A stretch of DNA of 64,000 nucleotides, taken from the NCBI RefSeq assembly GCF_006345805.1, contig NC_042997.1, forward strand, positions 127,844,001 to 127,908,000, written 5' to 3'. Below, one piece after another: positions 63,901 to 64,000 of this stretch. The DNA is from Octopus sinensis. Taxonomy: Eukaryota. Every line of letters starts with the position of its first letter. Positions within the stretch are counted from its first letter, which is position 1. The position numbers and the translations under genes were made by a program. The notes below the pieces were generated by a model. That model was not told where the DNA came from. It did no database searches and was given only the letters and a program-made list of their open reading frames with translations.

Positions 63901-64000
63901 GCGATACCTTAGTTCACTGGTAGTGAACAGCTTCCACCGTAGTACATCTCCAGCGATAGAAGCTGTGCAAAGACAATAAATAATAATAATAATAATAATA
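60920..64000 (+). mobile_element. Near full-length R4/Dong-like element of a second subfamily, many stops, internal deletion of CCHC/REL core, (AAT)n tail
   Basis: N-terminal ORF at 61218, LVAKKAKMVRYDQR, IFQGDCL, FMDDLKLY, IVPITVGALG...LQKTALLGTTRILR, then 3' UTR and AATAATAAT. Confidence 0.9.

Overview
AT-rich eukaryotic (animal) non-coding DNA saturated with microsatellites (TA, TG, TACA, GATA, AAT, GAA, GGT) and decayed transposons. The tRNA-headed SINE families, the abundance of R4/Dong-type LINEs and the microsatellite load point to an octopus (coleoid cephalopod) genome; this is an inference, not verified. No complete protein-coding gene is visible and most ORF-track entries are microsatellite or antisense artefacts. 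Recognisable content: about 9 R4/Dong-like non-LTR retrotransposon fragments (RT plus CCHC plus REL endonuclease), clustered in 47-64 kb and usually abutting (AAT)n arrays; CR1-like and RTE-like 3' fragments; Penelope-like element (PLE) RT, GIY-YIG and terminal-repeat fragments; Tc1/mariner, hAT-like and Helentron-like relics; and about 20 SINE copies of at least 3 families. The most notable feature is a non-coding 479-bp tandem unit (38901-39793) in which each copy carries a well-formed type I hammerhead ribozyme. It has a PLE-style inverted terminal segment and duplicated flanks, so it is a retrozyme-like candidate source of a 479-nt self-cleaved and possibly circular RNA. Several fold-back or inverted duplications and a few candidate minus-strand micro-exons of an unidentified host gene are also present. 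Coordinates were counted by eye and element boundaries are approximate.
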